DNA of 64,000 nucleotides, from contig CAXXET010000006.1 in NCBI GenBank assembly GCA_963666115.2, positions 512,001 to 576,000 of the forward strand. Direction: 5' to 3'. Numbering within the stretch: the first letter of the stretch is position 1; every line of letters starts with the position of its first letter. The notes under the pieces were generated by a model that was not told where the DNA came from, did not search any database, and was given only the letters and a program-made list of their open reading frames with translations. The DNA is from Dehalococcoidia bacterium. GTDB lineage: Bacteria; Chloroflexota; Dehalococcoidia; UBA6926. The translations under genes and the position numbers were made by a program. Of this stretch, positions 36,996-46,984 are shown one piece after another.

Positions 36996-39209
36996 ATGAC
37001 CACCGAAGCCGCGCGGGATATCCTCCGGAACCTCAATGAGGATCAGCGCCGCGCCGTGGAGGCCGTTGGCGGCCCCGTCCTGATCATCGCCGGGCCCGGC
37101 TCCGGCAAGACGCGCGTCATCACGCACCGCATCGCCTATCTCGTGCGGACGCTCCAGGTCAATCCGCGGCGCATCCTTGCGGTCACGTTCACGAACAGGG
37201 CGGCGCGGGAGATGCGCTCACGCGTTGAGGGAATCATCGGCGACCGCGCGGGACAGTTGACGATGGGGACGTTTCACGCTTTTGGGGCGCGGATTTTGCG
37301 GCAATACGGGGAGGAGATACACGTTCCCGACGATTTTGTCATCTACGACCAGGATGATCAGACAAGCCTGATGAAGCGCGCCGCCGAAGCGGAGGGGCTT
37401 GATACGAAGACGTACCGGCCCGCCTCGCTGCTCGATGCCGTCAGCGGGGCGAAGAACAGGATGCAGACCGTAGGCGAATACTCGGCGCAGGCCGGAAACC
37501 GCTACGAGAGAATCGTGGCCTCGTGCTATGACAGGTATGAGCAGCTCCTGCAGGCCGCCCACGCGGTGGACTTCGACGACCTGCTGATGAAGCCCGTCCT
37601 GCTGCTGCGCTCGAATCCCGAGATACTGGACAAGCTGCAAAACCGCTATGACCACGTGATGGTTGACGAGTGGCAGGACACGAATCGCGCGCAATATGAA
37701 CTTACGCGCTTTGTCGCCGGCAAGCATCGCAATTTGTGCGTCGTCGGCGACCCGGACCAGTCCATCTACTCGTGGAGACACGCCGATATTGAGAACATCC
37801 TGCGCTTTGAGCGCGACTTCCCGGAGACGCAGACGATTCCTCTCGGACGCAATTACCGCTCCACGTCCACCATCGTCGATGCCGCCCACGCCCTCGTGAA
37901 AGCCAACACGGAGCGCAAGGAAATCGAGTTGACGGCGGCGAAGGGCAGCGGCAGGCCGGTCACGATCGAGCCGACCGATGATGAGGAATACGAGGCGCTG
38001 TACGTTGCGGAGGAGATCGAGCGGCTGGTGACTGAGGAATCCGGCCGGTACGGCGACTGCGCGATCATGTACCGCACGAACGCCCAGTCGCGCGCGTTTG
38101 AGGACGCGTTCAACCGCGCGGGGATTCGCTACCGCATCATCGGCGGGCTGCGCTTCTGGGAGCGGCGTGAGATCAGGGACGTTGTCGCGTACCTCCGCGT
38201 CCTGCGCAACCCGTTCGACGACATCAGCCTGTTGCGCATCGTCAATGTTCCAACGCGCGGCATCGGGCGGCGGTCGCTGGACCTCCTCCAGCAGTGGGCG
38301 GATGCCAACGGCGTGCCGCTGTACGCGGCCATGCAGGTTGCGGCGGACGGGCAGGAGGGGAACGCGCCGAGCCTGCCAACGCAGTCGTTGGGCGCAATCC
38401 GGGCGTTCGTCCAGATGATGACCGAACTGCTCGAGGCGCTGCGGGGCGAGGACATTCTTGAGTTCTTCGACCGGGTTCTGAACAGGACGGGCTACCGGGC
38501 ATTCCTGGAGGAGGACGAGAACGCAGAGGATCGGCTGGACAACGTGGAGGAGCTGCGGAATGTGGCGGCGACGTACCGGGCGCTCGCGCCTGAGGAAGCG
38601 TTCGGCGCTTTCCTGGACCAGATCGCGCTGTCCACAGACCTTGACGCCGCCATCCGCGACGAGAGTTCGGAGCGGCAGGACGCCGTGACGCTCATCACCC
38701 TGCACCAGGCCAAAGGGCTGGAGTTCCCCGCCGCGTTCATCGTCGGGTGCGAGGAGGAGCTGCTGCCGCATATCCGCTCTATCGAGTCGGGCGATTCGGG
38801 GGAGATGGAGGAGGAGCGCCGCCTGTGCTACGTGGGCATGACGCGGGCGATGGAGCGGCTGTATATGACGTACGCGCTGCGGCGCAACACGCGGGGGCAG
38901 TACGGCCCGCGCAAGGCGTCGCGCTTCCTCCAGAGCCTGCCCGACAACCTGGTCAAGCGGCGGATGCCGGCTCTCTTCGGCTTCTCCGGGCTGCGGGAGC
39001 CGATGCCGGAGCCGGAGTTGGACGTGCCAAAGCCGCCCGCGCCGTTCAGGCCCGGCGACCACGTGGGGCACGCGCGGTTCGGGCAGGGTGTTGTGGTAGC
39101 GTGTCTTGAAACGCCGACGCGGGATGATTTCGAGGTAACGGTCGCGTTCAAGGGCCAGGGCGTGAAGCGCCTGCTGGCCGGACTGGCGGGATTGGAGAAG
39201 CTGAACTGA
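36996..39209 (+). CDS. pcrA: ATP-dependent DNA helicase PcrA/UvrD
   Basis: AGPGSGKT, VDEWQDTN, GDPDQSIY, NYRST, HQAKGLEF, EERRLCYVGMTRA, C-terminal Tudor domain. Confidence 0.95.
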   Translation: MTTEAARDILRNLNEDQRRAVEAVGGPVLIIAGPGSGKTRVITHRIAYLVRTLQVNPRRILAVTFTNRAAREMRSRVEGIIGDRAGQLTMGTFHAFGARILRQYGEEIHVPDDFVIYDQDDQTSLMKRAAEAEGLDTKTYRPASLLDAVSGAKNRMQTVGEYSAQAGNRYERIVASCYDRYEQLLQAAHAVDFDDLLMKPVLLLRSNPEILDKLQNRYDHVMVDEWQDTNRAQYELTRFVAGKHRNLCVVGDPDQSIYSWRHADIENILRFERDFPETQTIPLGRNYRSTSTIVDAAHALVKANTERKEIELTAAKGSGRPVTIEPTDDEEYEALYVAEEIERLVTEESGRYGDCAIMYRTNAQSRAFEDAFNRAGIRYRIIGGLRFWERREIRDVVAYLRVLRNPFDDISLLRIVNVPTRGIGRRSLDLLQQWADANGVPLYAAMQVAADGQEGNAPSLPTQSLGAIRAFVQMMTELLEALRGEDILEFFDRVLNRTGYRAFLEEDENAEDRLDNVEELRNVAATYRALAPEEAFGAFLDQIALSTDLDAAIRDESSERQDAVTLITLHQAKGLEFPAAFIVGCEEELLPHIRSIESGDSGEMEEERRLCYVGMTRAMERLYMTYALRRNTRGQYGPRKASRFLQSLPDNLVKRRMPALFGFSGLREPMPEPELDVPKPPAPFRPGDHVGHARFGQGVVVACLETPTRDDFEVTVAFKGQGVKRLLAGLAGLEKLN

Positions 39210-39232
39210 CCTGGAGCAACCGCCCCGCGCGG

Positions 39233-40381
39233 GTGGAGATGATCACGGACGCCGGCGGCCTTGCCGCGCTGGTTGAGCGGCTGTCCCGCGAGCAGTGCAT
39301 CGTCGTCGATACGGAGTCCAACGGCTTCCACCGCTTTCCGGACCGCGTCTGCCTTGTGCAGATAGGGGCGGGCGGCAGGGCGTGGGTCATCGACCCGCTT
39401 GAAATGACGGCGGAGGACGTCGCGCCGCTGGGCGGGCTGATGGCCGATCCGGCTACTGAAAAGGTCATCCACGCCGCGTCCAATGACATCCGCGTGCTGG
39501 ACAAGGAGTGGTCGTTCCGCGCCGCCAACGTCTTCGATACGAGCATCGCGGCGCAGTTTTGTGGGATGCGGCGCATCGGGCTGGACACCGTTCTCCAGGA
39601 GGCGCTGGGCGTCGTTATCGTCAAGACCAAGAGCCTCCAGCGGGCGGACTGGACCCTGCGCCCGCTCTCCGACGAGGCGCTGCACTACGCCGTGGATGAC
39701 GTGCTGCACCTGCAGGCATTGAGGAACGAACTGGGGCGGCGGCTCACGGAGTTGGGGCGCGCGGAGTGGGCGGAGGAGGAGTTTCGGCGTTTGGAGGACA
39801 TCCGATACCGGGCTCCCGATCCGCCCGACGTGGCGTTCCTGAACGCGAAGGGCAGCCGGGCATTGGGGCCGCAGGAGCTGGCCGTGCTGCGCGAGTTGTA
39901 CGTCTTCCGGCACAACGAGGGTGTGCGGCGCGACACGCCGCCGTTCAAGATCCTGAGCGATGCGGTTCTGACGACCATCGCGGCTGCGGGTCGTGACGAT
40001 CTTGCGGAGATCGAGGGGATACCGGCGGGCCCGCTGCGGCGGTACGGCAAGCGGCTGCAACAGGCGCGGGAGCGGGGCCTCGCCTCGCCGCCCGTGACGC
40101 GCCCGCGCAACGGCAACCAGAACTCCAACGGCCTAGAGGGACGGCCCACGAGAGAGCAGATCCACCGGCTGCGAGAGTTGAAGGCGTGGCGGAGCGAACG
40201 GGGCGAGGAACTGGACCTCGACCCGGCGCTGATCTGGCCGATGCAGAGCCTTGAGCGGCTGGCGCGCGACCCGTCGTTGCTGGATGATGAGACGGGAGAG
40301 GGCGCGCTGTTCGTGAGACGGTGGCAGGTGAAGGAGTTTGGACAATCGCTCACAGAGCAATTGGGGAAATTGGAGGGCTGA
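39233..40381 (+). CDS. rnd: Ribonuclease D (DEDD exonuclease plus HRDC)
   Basis: VDTE, KVIHAA, FDT, DW..RPL, YAVDDV. Confidence 0.9.
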   Translation: MEMITDAGGLAALVERLSREQCIVVDTESNGFHRFPDRVCLVQIGAGGRAWVIDPLEMTAEDVAPLGGLMADPATEKVIHAASNDIRVLDKEWSFRAANVFDTSIAAQFCGMRRIGLDTVLQEALGVVIVKTKSLQRADWTLRPLSDEALHYAVDDVLHLQALRNELGRRLTELGRAEWAEEEFRRLEDIRYRAPDPPDVAFLNAKGSRALGPQELAVLRELYVFRHNEGVRRDTPPFKILSDAVLTTIAAAGRDDLAEIEGIPAGPLRRYGKRLQQARERGLASPPVTRPRNGNQNSNGLEGRPTREQIHRLRELKAWRSERGEELDLDPALIWPMQSLERLARDPSLLDDETGEGALFVRRWQVKEFGQSLTEQLGKLEG

Positions 40382-40382
40382 C

Positions 40383-40766
40383 ATGAGCATCGAACGTATA
40401 CAACCGGACGGGCTGAGCAAGCCGGCGGCGTACACGCAGGTCGTGAAGGTCGGCAATTATATCCACATCGCCGGGCAGACATCCCAGAATGCGGCCGGCG
40501 AGATTGTGGGCGCCGGGAATATCGACGAGCAGGCGGAGCAGGTGTTCAGCAACCTCGAGACCGGGCTGGCGTCCGTCGGCGCGACGTGGGCAAACGTCGT
40601 GAAGATCACGACGTTTCTCACGCGGCGGGAGGACATCGAGGGGTATCGGGCGGCGCGGCAGCGTCATATTCCGAACGACCCGCCGGCGAGCACGCTTCTG
40701 TTCATCAGCGGTTTGGCGCATCCGGATTACTTGATCGAGGTGGAGGCGACGGCGGTTTTGGGGTAG
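40383..40766 (+). CDS. RidA/YjgF family protein
   Basis: IAGQ, NVVKIT, PPAST, LIEVEA. Confidence 0.9.
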   Translation: MSIERIQPDGLSKPAAYTQVVKVGNYIHIAGQTSQNAAGEIVGAGNIDEQAEQVFSNLETGLASVGATWANVVKITTFLTRREDIEGYRAARQRHIPNDPPASTLLFISGLAHPDYLIEVEATAVLG

Positions 40767-40839
40767 GTGCGCCGCCCATTGGGGCAGGCTTGTACAATGG
40801 GCGCATGGAGATACGCGATCAGAGGATGGGCGGCGTGAG

Positions 40840-42270
40840 ATGACAACGGTTAGCGTGAGGGATTTGGGCCCGATCGGGCGGGCCTCGGTGGACATCAAGC
40901 CGTTGACTGTGTTCGTCGGCCCGAACAACTCGGGCAAGTCGTACATGGCTCTGGCTATCTATTGTCTGTCCAGGACGCTTGCCGGAAGGGGACTTGCTGG
41001 CAGGATGCCATGGCGGCAATTCGAACCAAATCTCGACGACTCTATAGACCCCGAACTCCTTCTAAGGGCCGAGGAAGATATCGAGAAGATCTTCCCAGAT
41101 GGTCGTTCGATCAGAGGAGGCCAGCTTCCTGACAATCCGAAGATTGGACAACTGCCACAGAGCATCCAGGCCCTCTTTGAAGGAGGGTCCCAAATGTTTG
41201 CTGTGGGTTTAGCGCAATTGCTCGAATCTGCAATCAAGCGGGTTTACGGTACTGACATAGCGAGGATTCGACGGCGCGACATTAGGGAGCAGCCTTCAAA
41301 GCTAACTATCGAAATTGAGCAGCACGCCAGCGCGTTCAAATGGGAGACGAGGGCGGCGGGTGGCGATCTCGGCACGGAAATCTGGCAGAACAGCCTCGCG
41401 GATCAGGCATTTAACTCATACTTGCCTCAATTCGAAGACACTTCCGAGAACCCTTTGTTGGGCATGTTATTCTCCAACTTGGGGATATTCCGCCCCCCCA
41501 AAGTCTTGGAGGATGCGTACTATATGCCAGCGAGCAGGTCCGGCATTCTGCTTGGGCACAAGACTTTCTCCAGCCTCATCGTTGGTCAAGCCTCACAGGC
41601 ATGGATACGCTCGTTGGAGATTCCGCGCCTTCCCGGCTTCGTGACGGATCTGATCCAGGACCTCTTGTTGATGACTTCGGACGAACCTCATGGAACTCAA
41701 CTGGACGGGATCATCGACTATCTTGAAGGCGAGATGGCTCACGGCTCAGTCAGGCTGGATGATTCTTCTGAGTACCCATCCGTCTATTTTGAAGGCGACG
41801 CGGGCAGACTCCAGCTCCATGAGGCCTCGTCGATGGTTTCCGAAATCGCGCCCATCGTCTTGTATTTGAAGCACATGGTTGAGCCTGGGGATATGTTCAT
41901 TATCGAGGAACCGGAATCGCATGTCGATGCCGGCAACCAGCGGCGGCTTGCGCGGGCGATTGCCATGCTTGTCAACGCGGGCGTGAAAGTGCTGATTACA
42001 ACGCACAGCGATTTCCTCGTCTCGCAGTTGGGCAACCTTGTCATGCTCAGCGGCATTTCGAAGCGGCGACGGGCGGCCAGACGCTACAAGGCCGAGGAAG
42101 TCCTTCAGCCAGACGACGTCGGGGTGTACATGTTTGAGCCTGGCCCGGACGGGTCTGTCGCGCGTCCGCTGGCGGTGGACGCGGAGCGCGGAATCCCGGT
42201 GGATTCGTTCACGGACGTGCATACCGGAATCTACGACGAGGCGATAGACCTGGAATACGCTGGGCGGTAG
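40840..42270 (+). CDS. ABC-type ATPase (AAA_15/AAA_21-like)
   Basis: GPNNSGKS, ASSM signature, IIEEPESH, TTHS; lower-GC interior. Confidence 0.85.
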   Translation: MTTVSVRDLGPIGRASVDIKPLTVFVGPNNSGKSYMALAIYCLSRTLAGRGLAGRMPWRQFEPNLDDSIDPELLLRAEEDIEKIFPDGRSIRGGQLPDNPKIGQLPQSIQALFEGGSQMFAVGLAQLLESAIKRVYGTDIARIRRRDIREQPSKLTIEIEQHASAFKWETRAAGGDLGTEIWQNSLADQAFNSYLPQFEDTSENPLLGMLFSNLGIFRPPKVLEDAYYMPASRSGILLGHKTFSSLIVGQASQAWIRSLEIPRLPGFVTDLIQDLLLMTSDEPHGTQLDGIIDYLEGEMAHGSVRLDDSSEYPSVYFEGDAGRLQLHEASSMVSEIAPIVLYLKHMVEPGDMFIIEEPESHVDAGNQRRLARAIAMLVNAGVKVLITTHSDFLVSQLGNLVMLSGISKRRRAARRYKAEEVLQPDDVGVYMFEPGPDGSVARPLAVDAERGIPVDSFTDVHTGIYDEAIDLEYAGR

Positions 42271-42272
42271 AG

Positions 42273-42713
42273 GTGGACGTTCCCGCGAGACTGAACAACT
42301 GCCTGACTGATAGGTGCGAAGAAGAGGGTTGCAGTCTCAGCCTGCGTGGGATGCAGGATTCGATCAGCGTTCTGTCGATGAACTGTGTGAGGAGAACGCT
42401 GAGGGCTAAGGGGCGGACAGCCGATTTTGCCGTGCTGTCCAACAGTAGCCGGTGGGTAGCAATGATCGAACTCAAGGGCGGGCAGAACTTGAAAATCGGA
42501 CAAATCGTAGAGCAGATTCAGAACGGCCTAGATATGCTCGTCAACGGGTTGGGTGATCAGATAGTCGATGAGTTCTTTCCCATTCTTGTGCATCACAGTG
42601 ACCGGGATCCACGCAGAACGCTCAGCGGACGAATGATAACGTTGAGGGGCACCCAGCGGAGGATAATCGTTGCGGAATGCGGCGACAGGCTGGCACCACT
42701 TATTCGGGCCTAG
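42273..42713 (+). CDS. Small partner protein, putative PD-(D/E)XK nuclease
   Basis: ADFAVL...MIELKG...Q motif pattern; 2 nt after the ATPase stop. Confidence 0.6.
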   Translation: MDVPARLNNCLTDRCEEEGCSLSLRGMQDSISVLSMNCVRRTLRAKGRTADFAVLSNSSRWVAMIELKGGQNLKIGQIVEQIQNGLDMLVNGLGDQIVDEFFPILVHHSDRDPRRTLSGRMITLRGTQRRIIVAECGDRLAPLIRA

Positions 42714-42751
42714 AATAGCGCCCCATTTTGATTGTGAATTCTCATATGGCC

Positions 42752-44230
42752 TTACCGCGCCATATAGCCGCGCTTCGCGTTCTCCCTGCGGAGGCCGGAC
42801 AAGGTGTAGATGTTTGATTTCAGCATGTTGCACGGCCCGCAGAGCAGCACTCGATTCGTGATGTGATTGATTCCGCCGTCTGCGCGGGGGGTGTTGTGAT
42901 CCAGTTGGAGGTAGCGCGGATCGTCGAAAGCGCGGTCACAGCCCTGGCAGCGCTGGCCGTTCTGCGCGATGAGATGGTCGAACATCTCTTGCCGCGTCAT
43001 GCGAGGGCCGGCAGGCTCCTTGAACCGCTCGGTCACCTGCAAGAAGGGTACTGCCTCCTCCGCATCGTCAGTCCGCTCCGGCGGCTCCGTGATGAAGTTG
43101 ATCTGCGGATTCGGCTCCCTGAGCAGTTGCCGATTGTCCTCCATCCTCTGCTTGACGACTTCCAGCGCTCCGTCCCAAATATCCGCTCCGACCCACTGCC
43201 GACCAAGCCGCTCAGCCGCAATCGGCGTCGTGGCGCACCCCGCGAACGGATCAAGCACAACATCGCCCTCGTTGCTGCTCGCGCTTATGATGCGCTCATA
43301 CAAGGCAAGCGGCTTCTGGGTGGGATAGCCGACTCGCTCTCGCTTCGATCCGCCCATTGTCTGAAGAGCATAGACATCGTCAACAATGTCTTGAAGTGGG
43401 AGCCCCTTGGCCTCTTCGTGGTACCGCTTTAGCTTGGGCCATGCCCCTTTTGTCTTTGGCCAATAGATTCTTCCGTCACTGTCCAACTCATCCAGAACCC
43501 TGGGCGGGTTCATCCAGTGCCGCCCTTTCTCGGTCGGATTGAAGCCTCTCCAAGGAGTTCCTGTTTCGCCCTGCCTTATGCCCGAGCCAGTCAAGTCGCC
43601 CGTCCAATAGCGACCTCTCCCGTCTCCATCGTCAAACTTGAAGTACCTCTCGACGTAATCTGAATCGTAATCGCGGCGCGGATCTGTCCAGACATAGCGG
43701 TGAGACTTCGAATAGAAGAGGATAATGTCGTGAATGGGCCCAAACCGCTTCGCACTGCTGTGGGCGTGACTACGCTTCCAAACGATCTCGTTCCGAAAGT
43801 GCTCCTGGCCGAAGATTGCGTCCATCAGGGCCTTCAGATAGTGGCTCGCTGTCGGATCGCAGTGGAGATAGATGCTGCCGTCGCTGCGCAGAACGCGATG
43901 CATCTCGATGAGTCGGACGGCCATGAAGCAGAGAAACGCGGCGAGACCCTCGCCGTAGCCCTCTTTCACACCGTTGATGACGTTCATCACCTTCGGCCAG
44001 TCATCAGTGATCTGATCGACCCACTCGCCCTGCACATCATCGTCCCACTTCCAGCGGTCCTGGAACTTTGCGCCGCGCGCGAGGCTGTCCGGCGTTGCGT
44101 GGAAGTCGCGTCCCTTGTTGAACGGCGGGTCCGTCGCGATTAGGTGGACCGACTCGCTGTTCAACCCGCGCAGGAACGGCAGGTTGTCGCCGTGGAAGAG
44201 GGTGCGGTTGGGGACGTTTAGGTCAGTCAT
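42752..44230 (-). CDS. Amino-DNA methyltransferase (beta class) fused to C-terminal HNH nuclease
   Basis: DPPF motif IV, YPTQKP, DPFAGC motif I; CQGC...LDH...CGPCN HNH. Confidence 0.88.
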   Translation of the reverse strand: MTDLNVPNRTLFHGDNLPFLRGLNSESVHLIATDPPFNKGRDFHATPDSLARGAKFQDRWKWDDDVQGEWVDQITDDWPKVMNVINGVKEGYGEGLAAFLCFMAVRLIEMHRVLRSDGSIYLHCDPTASHYLKALMDAIFGQEHFRNEIVWKRSHAHSSAKRFGPIHDIILFYSKSHRYVWTDPRRDYDSDYVERYFKFDDGDGRGRYWTGDLTGSGIRQGETGTPWRGFNPTEKGRHWMNPPRVLDELDSDGRIYWPKTKGAWPKLKRYHEEAKGLPLQDIVDDVYALQTMGGSKRERVGYPTQKPLALYERIISASSNEGDVVLDPFAGCATTPIAAERLGRQWVGADIWDGALEVVKQRMEDNRQLLREPNPQINFITEPPERTDDAEEAVPFLQVTERFKEPAGPRMTRQEMFDHLIAQNGQRCQGCDRAFDDPRYLQLDHNTPRADGGINHITNRVLLCGPCNMLKSNIYTLSGLRRENAKRGYMAR

Positions 44231-44493
44231 TTTCGTAGCTCCCGATATGCATGGATGATCAGACCTAAGAGGACTCCAAGCAATATGCCGCGTCCTGCGC
44301 TCATTATCGCAGACGCGCTTAGTTCTTCAAGCGGAATCTGTCCAGCTAACCAAAGGGCAACAGCGAAAATCGCCGCGACCACAAGCCCTCGCATCCACGA
44401 ATCCAAGCATGCTACGCAGCCTATCACCACCGCCGCAGTGAAGACTGCTAGGTCGAACTGGGCGAACCCAAGGATAGGGTCACCGTCTAGCAT
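44227..44493 (-). CDS. Small membrane protein
   Basis: 88 aa, about 3 hydrophobic helices, ATGA overlap with the MTase, RBS GGAGA. Confidence 0.6.
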   Translation of the reverse strand: MLDGDPILGFAQFDLAVFTAAVVIGCVACLDSWMRGLVVAAIFAVALWLAGQIPLEELSASAIMSAGRGILLGVLLGLIIHAYRELRK

Positions 44494-44778
44494 CGTCGTT
44501 CTCCCCGTTCCACCCCTGTACCTTTCTGTGCGTCGCCTGCTAGTCCCTACAGGTTACGCTACCGTTCACTTCCATGATAGCACAAAAGTTTTGAGCTCGC
44601 TCGCCCCTTGACCTTCCGCTCAATCGGAGTCTGTTCGCCTTTCTGCGGCCCCCAAGTCTCCTCACGCTCAGAGGGGGGTGCCCCCGCCTGCGCGGGGGAT
44701 TCGGTGGGTGGGTGGGTTTCGCCCTTCGGCGGGGCTTGGGGTGAACGGGGGGTGTTCGGTTGCAACATTGGGGCTTTG

Positions 44779-44837
44779 GATTCTTCGCTGCGCTCAGAAT
44801 GACAGTCCCGATGGATTCCGGCTTTCGCCGGAATGAC
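44779..44837 (-). repeat. REP cluster: family A copy plus GTCATTCCGGCGAAAGCCGGAATC hairpin repeat
   Basis: GATTCTTCGCTGCGCTCAGAATGAC (44779-44803) and GGATTCCGGCTTTCGCCGGAATGAC (44813-44837). Confidence 0.85.
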
Positions 44838-44842
44838 AGGCC

Positions 44843-45412
44843 TTACTCCGCTTTGGCGGCTTCGTTCGGCTGCATTTGTTGCCAGGCTTCTCGTTTTATG
44901 TCCATTAGCATGAAGCGGTAGCGGCCTCTGTCGGTGAAGCCTGTTTGGGTGAAGCCTGCTTTTGCGAAGGCTCTTTGGGCTCGGACGTTCCAGTCCAGGG
45001 TTTTCAGGTAGACGCGGTTTAGTTCCAGCTTGTTGAACATCCAGCTTGTTAGGAGCTTGACGGCATCCGTGCCGTAGCCGCCGTTCCAGTAGGCGCGGTC
45101 GCCGATCATGATGCCAAGCTCAGCCTCTTTGGCGCGGCGGTCAAGATCGTAGTACATGCAGTTGCCGATGTGCTTGCCCTCCGAGAGTTCGACGATGGCG
45201 AAGCGGTGGCTGCGCTTTGAGATGTAGTTGAGGTCGTCCTTGTGGATGGGCGCGTACTGCTCATAGGTCATCTTGAGGGGGTAGGCGGCGTCCAGCTCGG
45301 CAAGCTCATCGTCGGAGCGCCACAGGTAATCGTTCCACGAGTCCATCTCGGCCTTGTCTCTCAGGCCGACGCGTTCGCCTGTGACGATAAGCGGCTTAGC
45401 TATGGTCGCCAT
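44843..45412 (-). CDS. GNAT (RimJ/RimL-like) acetyltransferase
   Basis: AELGIMIG..YWNGGYGT, WNVRAQRAFAKAGF. Confidence 0.88.
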   Translation of the reverse strand: MATIAKPLIVTGERVGLRDKAEMDSWNDYLWRSDDELAELDAAYPLKMTYEQYAPIHKDDLNYISKRSHRFAIVELSEGKHIGNCMYYDLDRRAKEAELGIMIGDRAYWNGGYGTDAVKLLTSWMFNKLELNRVYLKTLDWNVRAQRAFAKAGFTQTGFTDRGRYRFMLMDIKREAWQQMQPNEAAKAE

Positions 45413-45881
45413 GGGCGCTGTCCGCGTTCTCGGCCATCGCGCGAATGGCCCTGTTAAGAATTTCCACATCGGTATCGTACGTCATCCTGCCAAGCGTGGC
45501 GGCGTCAAGCGGCATCCACTCCACACTTTCAAACTCCCCGTCGTGGTCGTCAAGGCTGCCGCCCAACGGCTCCATGAGATAGTGATAAACCACCTTGTCG
45601 TGCAGAACGTCCTCCCGCGTGAATTGGTAGCGAACGCTGCCCAGGTCCGCCAGGATGGCCACCTCAAGGCCGGTTTCCTCCTGAACCTCGCGGCGCGCCG
45701 TTTCCTCTCGCGTTTCACCCGGCTCCGGCGTGCCTTTCGGCAATGCCCACAGCCCGGTGGTGTCGCGGCGGCAGATGACGACTTCCAGCCGCGCGTCCGG
45801 CGTGCATCGGACGATCACGCCGCCTGCGGACACATCGTGCTGCACGCCGCCGCTGCCAGGTTGTTCGTTGGTCTCCGTCAT
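45396..45881 (-). CDS. NUDIX hydrolase (Ap4A hydrolase-like)
   Basis: LPKG..EPGE..EETARREVQEETG Nudix box. Confidence 0.9.
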   Translation of the reverse strand: MTETNEQPGSGGVQHDVSAGGVIVRCTPDARLEVVICRRDTTGLWALPKGTPEPGETREETARREVQEETGLEVAILADLGSVRYQFTREDVLHDKVVYHYLMEPLGGSLDDHDGEFESVEWMPLDAATLGRMTYDTDVEILNRAIRAMAENADSAHGDHS

Positions 45882-45889
45882 GTTCGCGC

Positions 45890-46960
45890 CTACCACTCTT
45901 CCTCGTAATCGTCATCGTAGTCGTCGTCGAGGTCTTCATTGATGCCGAGGTCATCATCGAAATTCTCAAAGACGTCATCGTCTGAGCCGTCGATGAGCGG
46001 GGAAACGGCGTCCGCCGCGCTGCCGGCGGACTTGCGCAGGATCTCCGCGTTGGCCTCAAAGCTCTGCATGCTTTCGAGGGCGTCCAAGGCGAGTTCGCGA
46101 AAGCTCTCATCGGCGTGCTGTAGGAAACGGCGGAGGACGCGCTGGGCCGTGGGACCGCCGATGGCGCTGAGGGCCGTGACGACGGCGCCCTGGATTTCCG
46201 TGTTGTCCTCCATACCCATGCGCGCGAGGGCGGGGATGAGGCGCTCATCGCCGATGCGCCCGGCGGCGCCGGCGGCCTCGAACCGGACCTCCTCGGACTC
46301 GCTTTCCAACTCCTCGCGGATGTAGGTCAGCCAGAACGTGTCCGCGTTCTGCCCCATGGCGTAGAGGGCGGACGCGCGGAGGGTTTCGCTGGCGCTGTCA
46401 TAGGTCTCCAGGATAAGTTCCCGCACCTCTTCAGAGTTGAAGGCAGAGACGGCCTCGATCACGCGGCGGCGCACCTGAAAGGACGGCTCCTGCTCGTTGC
46501 GAATCACATTGAGCAGTCCCTCACGGACGCGGTTCGCATCACGTTCAAGCAGGTCGCCAAGCTCTGCCATGACGGCAAAACGGCCGAGCGATTGGGCGGC
46601 GACGGCCCGGACGCGCTCAGTTTCGTCAAGGAGCAGGCGCGTGAACAGCGGCTCGATCAGCGCGCGGTTCTCGCTCTCCCACAGCCCCATGATCGCGGCT
46701 TCCCTGACCTCCTCATCCTCATCCTCCATCAGGGTCATGAAGATGCGGTCAAAGCTGTAGTCGACGTTCTCCTCCGCGAGGTCCACCAACTGGCTGACGA
46801 TGGAGCGGCGGTATTCGAAGTCAATGTCACGGAGCGTTTCGATGACGTGCCCCAACTCGTCGCGGTCGGGGTCGGATAGCTCGGCCAGCGCGGCAGCCGT
46901 CACGTTGCCGGGGTCCTGGCGTATTGTGCTAATGACGCTCTCGATGCCGTCCGACTGCAT
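45890..46960 (-). CDS. HEAT-repeat protein with acidic tail
   Basis: Repeated VR..A..ALG units; D/E-rich C-terminus. Confidence 0.85.
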   Translation of the reverse strand: MQSDGIESVISTIRQDPGNVTAAALAELSDPDRDELGHVIETLRDIDFEYRRSIVSQLVDLAEENVDYSFDRIFMTLMEDEDEEVREAAIMGLWESENRALIEPLFTRLLLDETERVRAVAAQSLGRFAVMAELGDLLERDANRVREGLLNVIRNEQEPSFQVRRRVIEAVSAFNSEEVRELILETYDSASETLRASALYAMGQNADTFWLTYIREELESESEEVRFEAAGAAGRIGDERLIPALARMGMEDNTEIQGAVVTALSAIGGPTAQRVLRRFLQHADESFRELALDALESMQSFEANAEILRKSAGSAADAVSPLIDGSDDDVFENFDDDLGINEDLDDDYDDDYEEEW

Positions 46961-46984
46961 CGCATCGTCCTCCGCTGCGTGTTC

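Noticed and set aside
44559-44802. Short ORFs in the MTase-GNAT intergenic region
   Set aside because: Low complexity, overlap REP-like hairpins, no RBS or motif
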